Of a DNA stretch of 48,277 bases, positions 1 to 10,079 are shown one piece after another; position 1 is the stretch's first letter, and every line of letters starts with the position of its first letter. A program made the translations under genes and the position numbers. The notes under the pieces were generated by a model. That model was not told the DNA's origin. It ran no database searches and saw only the letters and a program-made list of their open reading frames with translations. The stretch is from Octopus bimaculoides (lineage: Eukaryota), in assembly GCF_001194135.2 (NCBI RefSeq), contig NC_068985.1, positions 55,945,238 to 55,993,514 of the forward strand, read 5' to 3'.

Positions 1-46
1 CCAACCCATGCTAGCATGGAAAGCGGACGTTAAACGATGATGATGA

Positions 47-90
<44 letters not shown>

Positions 91-176
91 AAAGAAGTGT
101 ATTCTCACACAGGAAAAAATATAGGAGAATTTGTTTTGGAGTTTGAAAATGCACCTGAATCTGAAAAACGTGTTGT

Positions 177-977
177 TTTTAAATAGAACTGTTCACATAC
201 CAAGCTAGTTTTGACAATATTTTGCTTATCAATGGTACAAATGTATATAAAAAAAGTGGGGTCTTAGGAGAGTTTAAAATTACAAGGCAAAAATTGGACA
301 AATATGTTTAACCCATCAAGTGTTCAAATGTTCACAGAAGTTTCAAAGAGCTTCACAGGGATATATAGTTATATCAATGTAAGTGTTCAGTGAAGATCAT
401 AACAAATGTACATTATGGAATGTTCAGTCATATTGAGTTTTTATGAAATAAGTGAAGAAGAGAAAAAGAAAAAAGTTTTTTCTTTCAAAATTTCAGTCTT
501 AGTGTACTGGTCTCTTCACCTTTCACTGCTTGTTGAAATCAGATTTCAACAAGTGGTTAAAGGTGAATTGATTCTAACAAGTGGTCAAAGGTGAAAAGAC
601 CAGTGCACTAAAACTGAAATTAAAAAAATAGAACTACATACACCATGACAGAAATTGTAAAAAAAAAAAAAACAAACTTTTTTCTTTTTCTCTCCTTCAC
701 TTATTTTATAAAAACTCAATATGACTGAACTTTCAATCATGTACATTTGTTATGATCTTTGCTGCACATTTACATTACTATCTATCCCTGTGAAACTCAT
801 TAAAAAATTTCGGTCAACATTTGAACACTTGATAGTTTAAACATGTTTGTTCAATTTTTACCATGTAATTTTAAGCTCTCCTAAACTCCGCGCCCCCATG
901 TTTTAAATATATTTGTACCATTGATAAGCAAAAAATTGTTGAAACTAGTTTGGTATGTGAATAAATCTATTTAAAAA
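177..977. repeat. About 800-bp foldback palindrome (MITE or foldback-like element)
   Basis: Arms are reverse complements (AAATAGAACTGTTCACATACCAAGCTAG at 181; CTAGTTTGGTATGTGAATAAATCTATTT before the gap). Apex CTTGTTGAAATC-A-GATTTCAACAAG is centred on 541. Confidence 0.85.
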
Positions 978-1349
978 NNNNNNNNNNNNNNNNNNNNNNN
1001 NNNNNNNNNNNNNNNNNNNNNNNNNNNNNNNNNNNNNNNNNNNNNNNNNNNNNNNNNNNNNNNNNNNNNNNNNNNNNNNNNNNNNNNNNNNNNNNNNNNN
1101 NNNNNNNNNNNNNNNNNGTAGAAACTCTGCCAGATCAGATTGGAGTCTGGTGTAGCCATCTGGTTCGCCAGTCCCCAGTCAAATCGTCCAACCCATGCTA
1201 GCATGGAAAGCGGATGTTAAACGATGATGATGATGATGATATATATATATATATATGGAAGAATGTACGAAAAAAAACAACAACAGACGAGGACAGGTGG
1301 TGTAAACAACAAAAGGATGTAATAGGTTGACGCTCGGGAATACAGAAAG

Positions 1350-1386
1350 TCTTTGACGTTTCGAGCTACGCTCTTCAACAGAAAGA
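1350..1386 (-). ncRNA. Candidate minimal type-I hammerhead ribozyme with variant core, in a Penelope-like repeat fragment
   Basis: Minus strand: TCTTT-CTGTTGA-A-GAGC(GTA)GCTC-GAAACGTC-AAAGA. Helix I is 5 bp, helix II is 4 bp, helix III is the palindromic ACGT, triplet GUC. Confidence 0.55.
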
Positions 1387-2017
1387 ATACGGAGAAAACA
1401 AGGAGAAAAACACGGAGAAATAAAATTGAATAGTCCTTGGTCAACGATCTATCATGGCTTCATATACGAGTATGTGCACATGAATGTGTTAGTGTCTCCT
1501 TTTGTTCATATCAAATGGTAGCTGCAAATGAGTGTGACCACCATGAGGTAACCATATATTTCCTCTACAGCAAGACATCTATGCTTGTCTTTCTACCATA
1601 CATGACACAAAGCCACTGCCCTCACTCTACACCTGCCACCCTCAAAGAGTCTTGTGTTGCAAGTTACTTGGTGACATTACTAGCACCAGATCTACAAAAA
1701 AAAAAAAAAAAAAAAAAAAAAAAGCATCCAGTACATTCTGTAAAGTAGCTGGTATTAGGAAAGGCATCCAGTCATGGAAACCATACCAAAACAGATAACT
1801 GGAGACCAACACAGCCCTCAAGCTAGTGGAATGTCTATAGCCTGTTGAATGTCCATATTCCATGCTAGCATGGAATATGGATGTTAAATAATGGATGACG
1901 ACTAGTAGTTCAATGAGCTGGTAATCCAACACTTTATATTTAATGAGCAGCTAATAAACAATTTACTACCCAGGCACATTGCTTCTACCTATATCTCTCG
2001 TTTGCTCACATTTGTAA

Positions 2018-3283
2018 TCTTACTATAATAGGCGTTATGTCCGTTTGTCTGTCTGTTCCCACTTCTCGGTCAAATGGCTGGACCAATGGTCATGATGTTT
2101 TTCGGGATTACAAAGGAGATATTCAGGAAGATTTTAGAAAAAAAAAAAAAAAAGTGAAAAGTATGATTATTTTGTGGATATTGAGCTTTGTATTAATAAA
2201 TCAGCTTTGATTTCTTTTGTTAAAATTCCGGCAACAAGGATTAACTCTGGATTTCCACCTCCATATAGTTCGTGAATTTAGAAGGTTTAGATTTGTGATA
2301 CTATCCCTTTATTTCCCATTGTAGATGGGCAGATTTGCTATCTTACTATAGTGGGTGTTATGTTCATCTGTCTGTCCATCTCTTTGTCTGTTCCTTCTTC
2401 ATGGCCAGACAGCTGGACCAATGGTTACGATATTTTTTGGGATGTGTGTCAGTATATAATGTGTCTGATTATATAGTGCTCATTGAAGTGTGTCAGTCTT
2501 GAGCAGGATTCGAAACGGCTAATTGAAGCAGCTGTTGTTTACATGTCTGTTTTGTCAATCAAAATAACCCATGGTTCCAGAACATTCAGACATTATTCGC
2601 ATAGAACAGTGAGAGGTAAATCTTAGTTTGATTTTTTGCAACCCTAAAGATTCTGCTTGCACATTCACAGCAAACAAGGTACAGGGCCAGACTTTAGGTC
2701 GTGTAGGTATATTTTTACCCACTCCGATGTTTACACACAGCCAGTTATATGTTGCTATGAGTGGAGCAACAGACTCCAGTAATTTGAAAATTAGTGTCAA
2801 CCAAACAGAAAATATCATCTACAAAGATACAAAGAAGTTTTGTAATCATATTGATATTATCGAAAGGAATATGATTCATAATTTAAATATGGAAATTTGT
2901 GAACTTCGAATGTATAAGAGTATAAAGAAGAATAAAATAGTGTAAACAACAAAAATAAAAGTATATCTAAATAGCATATTTTTCTTAATACTTTTTATGT
3001 AGTGGTTGAAGGAAGGTCTGGCTTTCGTTAGGAGTGGTTCACATAACGATTCATGATACAGAGGCTGGGAGCCTATTTCAGTTTGGGAGTGAATCGTCAT
3101 CACATGTCACTTAGTCGCAAAAACATGTCATATAGCTGCTGTAGAATGATGTATCACCAACAATAATGTGATTTCTTTAAGATGTCACCCAGTAATCTAT
3201 CAAGTCCATTTACACATTTCTCAGTACATACTGCTGTTATGATTTTCCTCCCTCATTTTATGCCTCCATCATAGATTTACTAG
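2018..3283 (+). mobile_element. Tandem Helitron remnants with a helicase C-terminal fragment
   Basis: Two A|TCTTACTATA starts (2018, 2341) similar over about 95 bp. ORF 2628..2945 contains TANKVQGQTLGRVGIFLPTPMFTHSQLYVAMS (Pif1/Helitron helicase motifs). Possible CTAG|T end at 3280-3284 is less certain. Confidence 0.7.
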
Positions 3284-3344
3284 TATAACTTACAGGTATG
3301 GTGATGCAAACAAGAAAAATAGAACTCAAAATATGAGTATGTAA

Positions 3345-3749
3345 ATAGTGATCATTGCCAGAGTAGCTGTGTGGCTTCCGTGCCGGTGGCATGTAAATAG
3401 CACCATTTGAGCGTGATTGTTACCAGTGTCGTCTTCCTGGCACATGAAAAGACATTCAAGCGAGATCGTTGCCAGTGCCGCTGGACTGGCTCTTGTGCAG
3501 GTGGCATGTAAAATACACCATTTTGAGCGTGGCCATTGCCAGTACTGCCTGACTGGCCTTCGTGCCGGTGGTACATAAAAGCACCCACTGCACTCTCGGA
3601 GTGGTTGGCATTAGGAAGGGCATCCAGCTGTAGAAACTCTGCCAAATCAGATTGGAGCCTGGTGTAGCCATTTGGTTCACTAGTCCTCAGTCAAATCGTC
3701 CAACCCATGCTAGCATGGAAAGTGGACGTTAAACGATGATGATGATGAT
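3345..3749 (+). mobile_element. RTE-type LINE 3' UTR or RTE-tailed repeat with (GAT)n tail
   Basis: Ends CCAACCCATGCTAGCATGGAAAG...GTTAAACGATGATGAT. The same sequence occurs at 1-48, 1118-1239, 24119-24216, and inverted at 33664-33967 and 42575-42935. Confidence 0.8.
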
Positions 3750-3752
3750 TTA

Positions 3753-4076
3753 GTAGAAGCAACAGAGTGACTCAAGGCCTGAGTGTTTCATGCATTAGCA
3801 CTTATCTAACTAGTCACAGGTTGAAGTGCTGATGGTTTATACAGCTGGTGAGAATTACATATGTATTTACTTATTGAACAATATAACAGGCAAACTATTT
3901 GAAAAATATGAACTATCCATGTGACATTGTTATGATTTAAAATTTGATCTAGAACAATCCAGAGGAAAATGCAATTTGCACCAGCCATATAAACCCACTC
4001 CCCTTCAACCTGTAGCTAGTTTGATAAGTGCTAATGCACAAAACTCTTGGACCTTGAGTCACTCTGTTACATCTGC
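3753..4076. mobile_element. TA-flanked MITE with about 75-bp terminal inverted repeats
   Basis: GTAGAAGCAACAGAGTGACTCAAGG...CACAGGTTGAAG is mirrored by CTTCAACCTGT...CCTTGAGTCACTCTGTTACATCTGC; TA on both sides (3751-3752, 4077-4078). Confidence 0.75.
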
Positions 4077-4105
4077 TAAATACTAATAAAGATAATATAA
4101 CTTAC

Positions 4106-4191
4106 ATAAACATCTGCTGTGCAAGATCTCCCTGGATTAAATCTTGTGCAAAAGTCACTATACTTGGGGCAGTCGAGTAATCTGTGATGGT
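4106..4191 (-). CDS. POLE: POLE exon TITDYSTAPSIVTFAQDLIQGDLAQQMF, last exon found in the window
   Basis: GTTTCAG acceptor, AT|GTAAGT donor; aligns with ITFSQDYVANELTQSFF; ends phase 2. Confidence 0.88.
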
Positions 4192-5149
4192 CTGAAACAG
4201 AAAGTTGAAAGGGGAAAATAAAAGCATGTTAGCAGAAAAATTCAAATGACAATCTGACACCTAAATTCATTATTTTTTTTGTTTTTTTTTACAAATATCT
4301 TATGTAAATTTCATAATAATTGTGGATGTGAGTTTATTTGGAGTTTTAACCCTTTAACATTCAGATTAACTTACCAAATGTAAAGCTTGTTGTTTGTCCA
4401 CATTTTTTAAAATTAATCATGTACTTTCTTGTAGCTTCAAGATTTTGAAAATGTGATAAAAGAAGTCTCATCATGTGTATATATGTGTGGATGTGCTTGT
4501 TGTGTCTACCCTTGTCTTGACATCATGTAATGACTGTAAGCAAGCATCACTGTCATACAAGCAGCATTTGTTTCCAATCTTCCACAAAAACATGCCTGAC
4601 CATGGGAAAATATTACCTTTCTTGGAAACAGCTAAGGGTTGACAACATATGCTTAGGTTGTTGGAGCTGGGGCAGGGCTATAACAGAGGATACTTCTCTA
4701 AAAACCTGAAACCACACCGTTGATTGGAAAGCAAGCTTCTTAACCACACTGCCACCTATTTGGTTTATTCTCAATGAGAATATATTGGTCTATTATTTGA
4801 TAAGCATTCAGGTGATAATTCTTCTAAAAACAGCCTTCTTAAGACCCTGTGTTAGACACTGATTAATTAAATCCAATAATCCCAACATCAGCTAATCTAT
4901 CTTCAAAAACAAGATGGTATCAACCAAATTCCATCCATAATATAGTTCTATCTTCACTAGCAATCTTTAAATACTGAATATTTTTTTTTGTAATTTTCAC
5001 TTGTTCCTCATTAATAACAAATAGGAAATGATTTTTAAGAAAACATTTCTGTGAACTTAATTCAAAGATTGCCATTATAATCTTGATGAGATGAAATTAA
5101 ATAACTAATTAATCTCCTAAAATTGTAATAATTTCTAACATTTACTGAC

Positions 5150-5257
5150 CTGAGTCTGACTTGAACGACGCTGTACAGGCGTGTTACCAGGAGTTCTCCG
5201 TCTGTGTTCGTCTTGGATTTCATTGTACATTGAAAGAATATATCCAGCAACGATCAT
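5150..5257 (-). CDS. POLE: POLE exon MIVAGYILSMYNEIQDEHRRRTPGNTPVQRRSSQTQ
   Basis: TTTCTAG acceptor, CAG|GTCAGT donor; PGxTPV motif. Confidence 0.94.
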
Positions 5258-7681
5258 CTAGAAAATAAAACAGTTTACAACATTTAGAACAAACTGAAGT
5301 GCCAATTACTCAACGAGTCAAATAAACCAAACATTTTAGTAAAGTTGAGCCACTAGGGGAGGCCTTGGTCTGTTAGAAATAGCAGCTAAATCTCCCTCAA
5401 ATCTTTAAAAAAAAAGTACAGGTTGCATTATGTGGTCCTGGATCCCCAATAAACAGAAAGGGACAGGAGGGCTGTTATTGGAATATTTTTATTTAATGTC
5501 TGCTTGATGAGGGCTGACCTAGAACAAAACAACAAGAACAACGAGTATAAAGAACTTCAGTTATTTTGAGACAATGAAGGAACTAAAACCTTTGCAATCC
5601 TAGATTTCCTTGACCAGGGCAGACTTAGGGCTAAACAACAAGAACAAGTACTTTCGATGGTTCCTTCTCTCTTCTCACAATTCACTGGGTCCCAATCTCC
5701 CCTTAGAATCTTTCCAAGAACTATGGTCAGTAATACTTTAGGGAGGAACATTAGTTTATAAAACTATTTCCTTCTACAATTTGTACAAAACCAGGGCTTC
5801 TTAGATTTTTTAAACTGATACACCCAATTATAATTTAATTACTATTCACCTGCCAAATAAATAAATTTATTATATTAAAGTGTTGATACATTCCTGTGGT
5901 TTAACTGGCCATATCCGGTCAAAATATTCTACCTCTTTTATGATCAAACTGGCCAGATCCAACATCTCATATCTATTTTACAATATTATAGCAAAAATAA
6001 ACCATTACATCACTGAAATCTTGCAGCCACAAGATAATGCAGGATTAATTCAAAACAATGTGATTAAGCATTACATTTGATAGAGTAATCTGAATGCTAA
6101 AGGGTTAAAAAATCTGTCATGCTGTGGAAAGGAGATGGTAAAAGTGTATGAGATAGAGATTCTAATGAACATTACTGGTACATTCACACCCACATATGAC
6201 AATTAGGTGTGTATGAGAGAGAGTGGAGGATATGTATATGCGTGCATGCCATCAGTGTTCCTGTGGGTGCGTGTGTATGTGGAAGGTATCATGATGAACA
6301 ATGAAGCTGAAATTAATAGGTAAAGAATGAGAATTGTTACTAAAAAAAGGCAAAATATAAACGATGATGATAGGCAAGAATATATTGCAGAAGCCCAAAT
6401 GAGAAAACAGGCTAGAAGAGAAAAAAACATGGTTGAAGGGAATAGACAAAAGTTCCATGAAATTAAAGAATTATGAAAGAAATGACAGGATATTATTACT
6501 GAGGGGTGGAGCTGGGAGGTGTTTATAGTCAACACTGTACCACAAAATGGGCCATGACATTTTCACAGGTACTGCTAGTTAAATTTACCTGTGTTTAATA
6601 CAACTTACATGAGACAAAAATATCAGTAAACTCTAATTACAAACAACACAGCTTTAATCACCCAACTGCATAAAGATCTGGTGTACTCAGTTATTCACAA
6701 TATCAGTGACTGTATTAATCACATATTGGAAGTGATAAATTTCGTCTAAGCACGTGGCTGCAGGTACATACCATTGACAAAGCCCAAGGAATAACATTTG
6801 GCATTCTCACGAGCCACTGCTGGTACAATTTTTCAACTCTCTGATATATATTGTGTTTTTAAACACATCATGTCTATAAGAGATTTTATTTTGGACCAAA
6901 ACCAAAGTGTCTTGCTTGTTAATGGTGTATATAATTTAAGAATGATACATAGACTGTTATTCCACCTTTAATGTTTAAATCAATTTTTAAATATGAAGGA
7001 TGGATTTAGAAGGCACAGAGAAGATCACTAATACTGATTTCAAATTTTTGAACAAGGCCAGCAATTTCGGGGGAGGACTAAGTCAATTACATCAACCCCA
7101 GTGCTCAACTGGTACTTATTTCATTGACCTTGTAAGGAAGAAAGGCAAAGTTGACCTCAGCAGGATTTGAACTCAGAACATAGATGGACAAAATGCTGCT
7201 AAGCATTTTTCCTGGTGTGCTAATGATTCTAACAGCTCACTGCCTTGAAGATCACTAATATTAAATTGCAGGTTTATGAGTTTGAGGTTCAAATCATTAC
7301 ATTCTGTGTTCAAAGTATTTATCTGTTTAGGTAACCCTAAATTTCATCACATACAAACTAGGATATTTTACTTGAAAAATTCATCCTACTCACTGTAAAC
7401 CCCTAAGCTTTTATTCATCTCCAGGGATCTATATGTAGCACTTTGAGAAGCTTTGGTGTAAATATTTATACTTTTAGCCAAGAAGGAAGACAGTACCTAT
7501 GGCTGCATTACTGGGGTAATAGAGAAAGTCTATTACCTACATAGGTCAAAGTGGAATTTGAACTGAGGACACAAAGTACCAGAACAATACCACAAGACAC
7601 TGTTTTACTATTCTGTCACTCCATTGGCCTGGATTGATACTTGAAGCAGAAAATTAATTTAATTCCTCTGAGTAAACTTAC

Positions 7682-7753
7682 ATTAAAATTGGTTTGACAG
7701 GCGCCACTTTCAGGAAGAAACTGGACAATATTCCAGTTCATCTCAATTTCTGG
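7682..7753 (-). CDS. POLE: POLE exon PEIEMNWNIVQFLPESGACQTNFN
   Basis: TTTTCCAG acceptor, GTAAGT donor; NWNIxxFLP motif. Confidence 0.95.
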
Positions 7754-8600
7754 CTGGAAAATAGAATTAAAAAAAAAAATTTTTTAATGCATAAATAAAT
7801 AAAAACAAAGAAAATGAAATAGTCTTATTTTGAAATTTGAGTATTTTGAGACATACAGGGTAATTTTGCCCTTCACCATCCTCTATTTTTATCAGACTGC
7901 AGGTGTCACATAAAATGCACCCATGCTGGTGCCATACAGAAGCACTTGTGTTGGTAGCATGTGAAAGCATCCAGTACACTGTAAAGTGGGAAGCGTTAGA
8001 AAGGGTATCCAGCCATAGAAACCATGTCAAGACAGACAACTGGAGCCTGGCCAGCTCCTGTCAAACTGTCCAACCCATGCTAGTATGGAAACAGATGTTA
8101 AACAATGATGATGATGATGATGATGATCATGGTTTTAATGTCATTTTTTTTTTGTGTTTGCATAATCGGATGAGAGTATGTTGGGGTAGAGATTCCCATG
8201 GCTGAATGTTCTTCCTGATGACAACATCCCTCTTGTTTCCAAGCATAGTCATAATCTCCTGGTCTATTGAACAGCAGACTGGCTGGGCAGGGTAGAGAAC
8301 TGGAAACAAATGGTACCATATGAATTAGCCTGTTGCTTACAACCAGCAAACACACATGAAGACGAGGGGTAATATGAACACACTCACACAAAGGCACACA
8401 TACACATGAATGGTTTCTTTCAGTTTCCATCCTCCAAAATTCCTAAGGCTTTGGTTTAATCAAGGCTATAGTAGAAGACACTTGCCCAAGGTACCTACAT
8501 GAGACTAAACACAAAACCATATGGTTCTATATTTAAGAGATGAGGAATTATGTACATTATTTACATTTGATGAATATTTGTCCTCATCTTGTTTGTTGTT

Positions 8601-8646
8601 AACACAACGTTTCAGCTGATATAAACTCCAGCCTTCATCAGGTGTC
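8601..8646 (-). ncRNA. Candidate minimal type-I hammerhead ribozyme, intact core
   Basis: GACAC-CTGATGA-A-GGCTG(GAGTTTATAT)CAGCT-GAAACGTT-GTGTT; predicted cut between 8606 and 8605. Confidence 0.7.
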
Positions 8647-8938
8647 TTGGGGAAATTTCGAACCTGGGTTCTCATCCCTAAGGTATTTTTTGATATTATT
8701 ATTATTCAGGTCACTGCCTGGAATTGAACTCAGAATCCAGGGATTAGTAGCCCGTGCTCTTAATCACTACGCCATATGCCACGGGCATATGGTGTAGTGG
8801 TTAAGAACATGGGCTACTAACCTTAAGATTCTGAGTTCGATTCCAGGCAGTGACCTGAATAATGATAATAATAATAAGAAGCACAACAACATCGAAAAAT
8901 ACCTTAGGAATGAGAACCCAGGTTCAAAATTTCCCCAA

Positions 8939-8981
8939 GACACCTGATGAAAGCTGGAGGGTATATCAGCTGAAATGTGTT
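8939..8981 (+). ncRNA. Defective hammerhead copy (helix III and cleavage triplet deleted)
   Basis: GACAC-CTGATGA-A-AGCTG(GAGGGTATAT)CAGCT-GAAA-TGTGTT; lacks the CGT present in the sister copy. Confidence 0.55.
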
Positions 8982-9744
8982 AACAACAAACAAGATGAGG
9001 ACAAATATTTGTCAAATGTAAATAATGTACAAAACCATATGGTTGGGAAGCAAACTTCTTAGTCACACAGCCATGGCTGTCTTAGCAACACTGTAGGCAC
9101 CTGGGTAAATCAGTGTGCTAGGCCCTATAGTATTCATTTATTGACAGCAAGTCAGAGTATACATAGATCAGAATCAGAATGAGATGATCAGGTATAGCTG
9201 AGTGCTGATGATATAGTATGGCTGACTGGACAATTAGCCTGTTTTAGTGACAGTACTTTTGGGTGCTGGAGGTAACACACACACACACACACACTGAAAT
9301 AAACACATACAGATAGAATGAATGAGCAAGTGCAAGGGAGAGAAAGAGAGAGTGACAGACAGGTATTACAATTTGCTTAAAATACTTTCCCTTACCTCAT
9401 ACACATAAAGAGAAATATGCTCACAAATAAATAGTGAGAAAGAGAGAGAGAGATATATAGGAGACACATACATCAAAACAGTTGGTGTTATAAAAGTTAA
9501 CATTGAATCAGCAATAAGAAATGGAGGGTGCCAAAATAGCTGAGCCTAAACACCTCATACCCAATCAGAATTAGGATCTTAAACCTGTGAGGTTCCCAGG
9601 CAACAGCCCAGTGTGCTCAGTCCTTTAAGATGGCACTGCATACAACAATACCTACACCTTCTAAATCATTATTTGATGTGACTTCTTATTGTTTGTAAAT
9701 TTTTCATAAATTGTAAAATAAAATTTCAAAACTGTCAAACAAAC

Positions 9745-9903
9745 CTCATCACTAGAATCATCATCTAATTTTTCTCCTTCATTATCCATATCCTCTTCTG
9801 CATCAGACTCTTTCTCTTTCTCTTCATCATCATCATTACCTCCTTCAGGAATTTCTGATTCAGCAGAAGATGGCAATTTACCTTTCACTCCACCGTGATT
9901 AGC
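9745..9903 (-). CDS. POLE: POLE exon ANHGGVKGKLPSS plus acidic stretch ...DDDSSDE
   Basis: TTCTAG acceptor, GAG|GTTTGT donor; NxGG motif followed by a D/E-rich insert, as in vertebrate POLE. Confidence 0.92.
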
Positions 9904-10079
9904 CTAGAAGAACAGCAACAACAACAGCATCATCACCATTAACCTTCAAGAAGTTTGTTATATAACATATCAATATTAGTTTGGTTAAATATGGCACCAT
10001 CTGGTACTGGATAGCTGAGATTATAGCAGTGTATTATAAAGTGTATTATATCATTCATACTCCAGTATTCATCAACACT

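Larger units (their letters stand above)
8527..9028. mobile_element. Head-to-head inverted pair of tRNA-headed, hammerhead-bearing SINE-like units inserted into another SINE
   Basis: Palindrome centred at 8782. A box TGGTGTAGTGG and B box GAGTTCGATTCC in the right arm. Direct repeat ACAAAACCATATGGTT at 8511-8526 and 9029-9044. Confidence 0.85.

Noticed and set aside
88-1270. Similar context at 1-100 and 1186-1270 as a segmental duplication or large TSD
   Set aside because: Shared sequence is the common RTE tail plus (AT)n; similarity beyond it is only about 12 imperfect bases.
5557-5751. Cys-containing 64-aa ORF as a nested gene or LINE endonuclease remnant
   Set aside because: No recognisable family motif beyond a GDW triplet and no splice support.
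6520-6900. Possible decayed transposase (KWAMTF...)
   Set aside because: Resemblance to piggyBac is too weak; no termini found.
8127-8309. ORF starting MFPVLYPAQP, resembling the POLE motif MFPVLPGSH
   Set aside because: Out of order (that motif should follow the exon at 4106-4191), similarity stops after five residues, and the flanking exons 9745 and 7753 already join in phase.
8784-8855. tRNA-like sequence as a real tRNA gene
   Set aside because: A and B boxes are present but the acceptor stem does not close; it is followed by an AAT tract and repeat body, so it is a SINE head. The same applies to the other SINE heads.
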